A DNA stretch of 64,000 nt, taken from contig CAXXVS010000002.1 of NCBI GenBank assembly GCA_963674755.2, positions 1,216,001 to 1,280,000 of the forward strand, read 5' to 3'. The translations under genes and the position numbers were made by a program. The notes under the pieces were generated by a model that saw nothing but the letters and a program-made list of their open reading frames with translations, had not been told where the DNA came from and did no database searches. Of this stretch, positions 62,901 to 64,000 are shown one piece after another; position 1 is the stretch's first letter; every line of letters starts with the position of its first letter. This DNA is from Desulfobacterales bacterium. GTDB taxonomy: Bacteria > Desulfobacterota > Desulfobacteria > Desulfobacterales > UBA5852.

Positions 62901-64000
62901 CGAATCGACTTTTCCCGCCGCGCATGTGCCGAAATCCGTTTGATAGGCAAATCCACTTCTATCAGTCGTTTGGGGTAGGTCACAGATGCTTCTCCTTCGG
63001 TTTTCTCAATCAGCACAGGGTCTTGATTTTCGACTTTGGGCTCGTGCACATTGGGTGAAATTTCAATTACCTCCTGGGGCGGGTCTGTAGGTTGGAGAGC
63101 GGCGAGCACCTCCGCCACGTTCGGTTTGCCTGACTCGCGGCTCCTGCCCAGTGGCTTCGCCTGCAATTTCCGGAGGGACGCTTTGATATCATCCTGCATG
63201 CCTCCGTAGTCCAGATAAAATATTTTGCTGCGAATTCCCGTTGTGCCATTGCGCGCGAAGCTCGATAACCATTTGGGGGACGGATCGGAAATCAGTACCG
63301 CATCCGCGAGTGATAGCTTAATTGCCGTTGCTTTCCCGACTCCGCCTGGATACCATTTTTGCTGCGGTTTGGCCGCTGAAATCACAGTCACTCGGTGTTC
63401 ATCCCATATGTCCTGCAAATCACGCCGGATGTTGAACAGAAGAATGCCTTCTACGAGACAGATGATGACATGTGCACCCTGTTCCAGCGCAGTTCGAATG
63501 ACTGGGCGGTCCGCCTTTGCTGAATATCCGGTCAAAATAGGGACGCTTGGATTGGCCAGTTCCCTCAAACAGGCCACGACGCCCTGGATTTCACGTTCAG
63601 TCGGTTTGATCGATGGGATTACCGCCACCATGGGGCCGCTCAGTGCTTCCACATCCCCCTTCAGATAAACGGTTGCACCTGATCTGCCGCGTAACGTCTC
63701 GGGATAGCCGGGATCGCCAGATTGTAGCCGTTTGATACCGAGTTCTTCCAATCGGGCGAGGGTTGACGCATCCAGGCGCTCGCCGGCCGCGTGGGACGAC
63801 GATGGTTCAAAGACGATGATTTCAGCGGTCAGATCGCCAAGCGCTGCCTCTATCATTTTCTGGACGCGGGACCAGTCCAGTCCGCCATGCCCACAGCCTA
63901 AGGCCGGAAGGGCAACGCGAACTTTACCGCGCTTTTCCACAAACTCACGCAGCCATCGCAAACCCTTCTCGACGTACTCGTACTCGGAAGGTTGCCTCCA
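59978..64000 (-). CDS. Macrodomain (DarG-type) - DprA/SLOG-like - DUF1156 adenine DNA methyltransferase fusion (5' end off the window)
   Basis: Open to 64000. WRQPS..YVEKGL..VALPALGCGHGGLDW..IIVFEP (macro); GDPGYPETLRG..VYLKGD (DprA-like); HIWWARRPLAAC (DUF1156); DPFAGGG and TDPPYY (methylase motifs I and IV). Confidence 0.88.
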   Translation of the reverse strand, partial: WRQPSEYEYVEKGLRWLREFVEKRGKVRVALPALGCGHGGLDWSRVQKMIEAALGDLTAEIIVFEPSSSHAAGERLDASTLARLEELGIKRLQSGDPGYPETLRGRSGATVYLKGDVEALSGPMVAVIPSIKPTEREIQGVVACLRELANPSVPILTGYSAKADRPVIRTALEQGAHVIICLVEGILLFNIRRDLQDIWDEHRVTVISAAKPQQKWYPGGVGKATAIKLSLADAVLISDPSPKWLSSFARNGTTGIRSKIFYLDYGGMQDDIKASLRKLQAKPLGRSRESGKPNVAEVLAALQPTDPPQEVIEISPNVHEPKVENQDPVLIEKTEGEASVTYPKRLIEVDLPIKRISAHARREKSIRHGHISTLHIWWARRPLAACRAVVCASLWPDPGDEACPTRFVETAKRLMFYWGERYLQKCSADSYPRFNKIARTPACLDDRMELRKALLDFIADFANWDNSTNAEYLAVARTLTVAAHDALEAFNTFSLPKSISVEILNDTIKDAHRPLLVDPFAGGGAIPLEGLRCGADAFASDLNPVAVLLNKVVLEYIPKYGRRLADEVEKWGKWIKEQAEKELAEFYPKDEDGATPIAYLWARTITCEGPGCGAEVPLVKSLWLGRKPHNSWSLRIIDKPDLGRVDFDVVKGSKPSEVHRGTTQKGSASCLCCGYTTPATSVRRQLSLRKGGASSARLFCVVTKRPNEQGRFYRLPTIQDMEAVANAKELLQQKQLAGNLSFSLIPDESLPKQGTLGFRVQLYGIKHWGDLFSPRQALSLATLSEKVREVGSKLEELHDDGLRDAVQTVLALNVDKMADYGSSLASWSSPASQETVRGTFSRHALAMVWDFAEAFPFASSSGGWSHNLNFLLSPLKAEANAGHRGGRIEQGSATNHPLPDDCVDAFVTDPPYYDAIPYADLSDFFVVWLKRSLGIIDAARPFAELAPKEQECVVDKTKGHDAAFFENTMSQALIEARRLTKPHGVGVVVFAHKSTHGWESQIQAIVDSGWIVTGSWPIDTERAGRVRANSSAALASSVHLVCRPREDKDGNLNERIGDWRDVLAELPRRIAQWLPRLASEGVVGADAIFACLGPALEIFSRYSSVEKASGEIVPLREYLEQVWAEVARQALNMIFEGADASGFEEDARLTAMWLWTLRTEANGNGEDEDKVTSLPGYTLEYDAARKIAQGLGCHLENLTHLVEVKGDKAMLLSAESRARYLFGKEDVRATAKRSKKKVGPVQQDLFSLLGVPDEEEAAAERAELERPPAGKTALDQLHQAMLLFTAGRGAALKRFLVDDGIGANPQFWTLAQAFSALYPSHTNEKRWVDGVLARKKGLGF

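Larger units (their letters stand above)
10146..64000. mobile_element. Mosaic genomic/defence island starting at the 3' end of selC; right boundary outside the window
   Basis: Abrupt switch from housekeeping genes to IS elements, phage remnants, a recombinase module, AT-rich orphans and defence genes. selC is an established integration hotspot. Confidence 0.8.

Noticed and set aside
10146..64000. Retron, DGR or group II intron; intact prophage or ICE
   Set aside because: No reverse transcriptase motifs and no capsid, terminase, relaxase or T4SS genes were seen in the window.

Overview
Bacterial chromosome segment; the gene set (pilA/pilR, larC, tRNA-Sec) suggests Desulfobacterota, which is an inference. 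Bases 1-10145 are GC-rich core genome: VKOR-DsbA, type IV pilin with a sigma-54 promoter, pilR, pyrC, pyrB, lepB, pgpA, larC, an M20 peptidase and selC. A mosaic genomic island begins right after tRNA-Sec and runs off the right edge. It carries a prophage remnant, three IS elements with intact target duplications (IS5, IS21, IS1595), a protealysin/emfourin pair, AT-rich orphans and defence-like genes (PD-(D/E)xK nuclease, PIN pseudogene, GHKL-HEPN fusion). It also has a serine recombinase-ParB-ParB module, a His-rich/transporter operon and a DUF499/DUF1156 restriction-like system whose methylase is fused to DarG-type macro and DprA/SLOG-like domains. The strongest candidate for an undescribed system is a tightly coupled five-gene operon at 46730-53513 (-): cyclodipeptide-synthase-like enzyme (Cys at the usual catalytic Ser position), Na+:solute symporter, GNAT-histidine kinase fusion, receiver protein and sigma-70-family factor. 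All family calls come from reading motifs by eye; no database searches were run.
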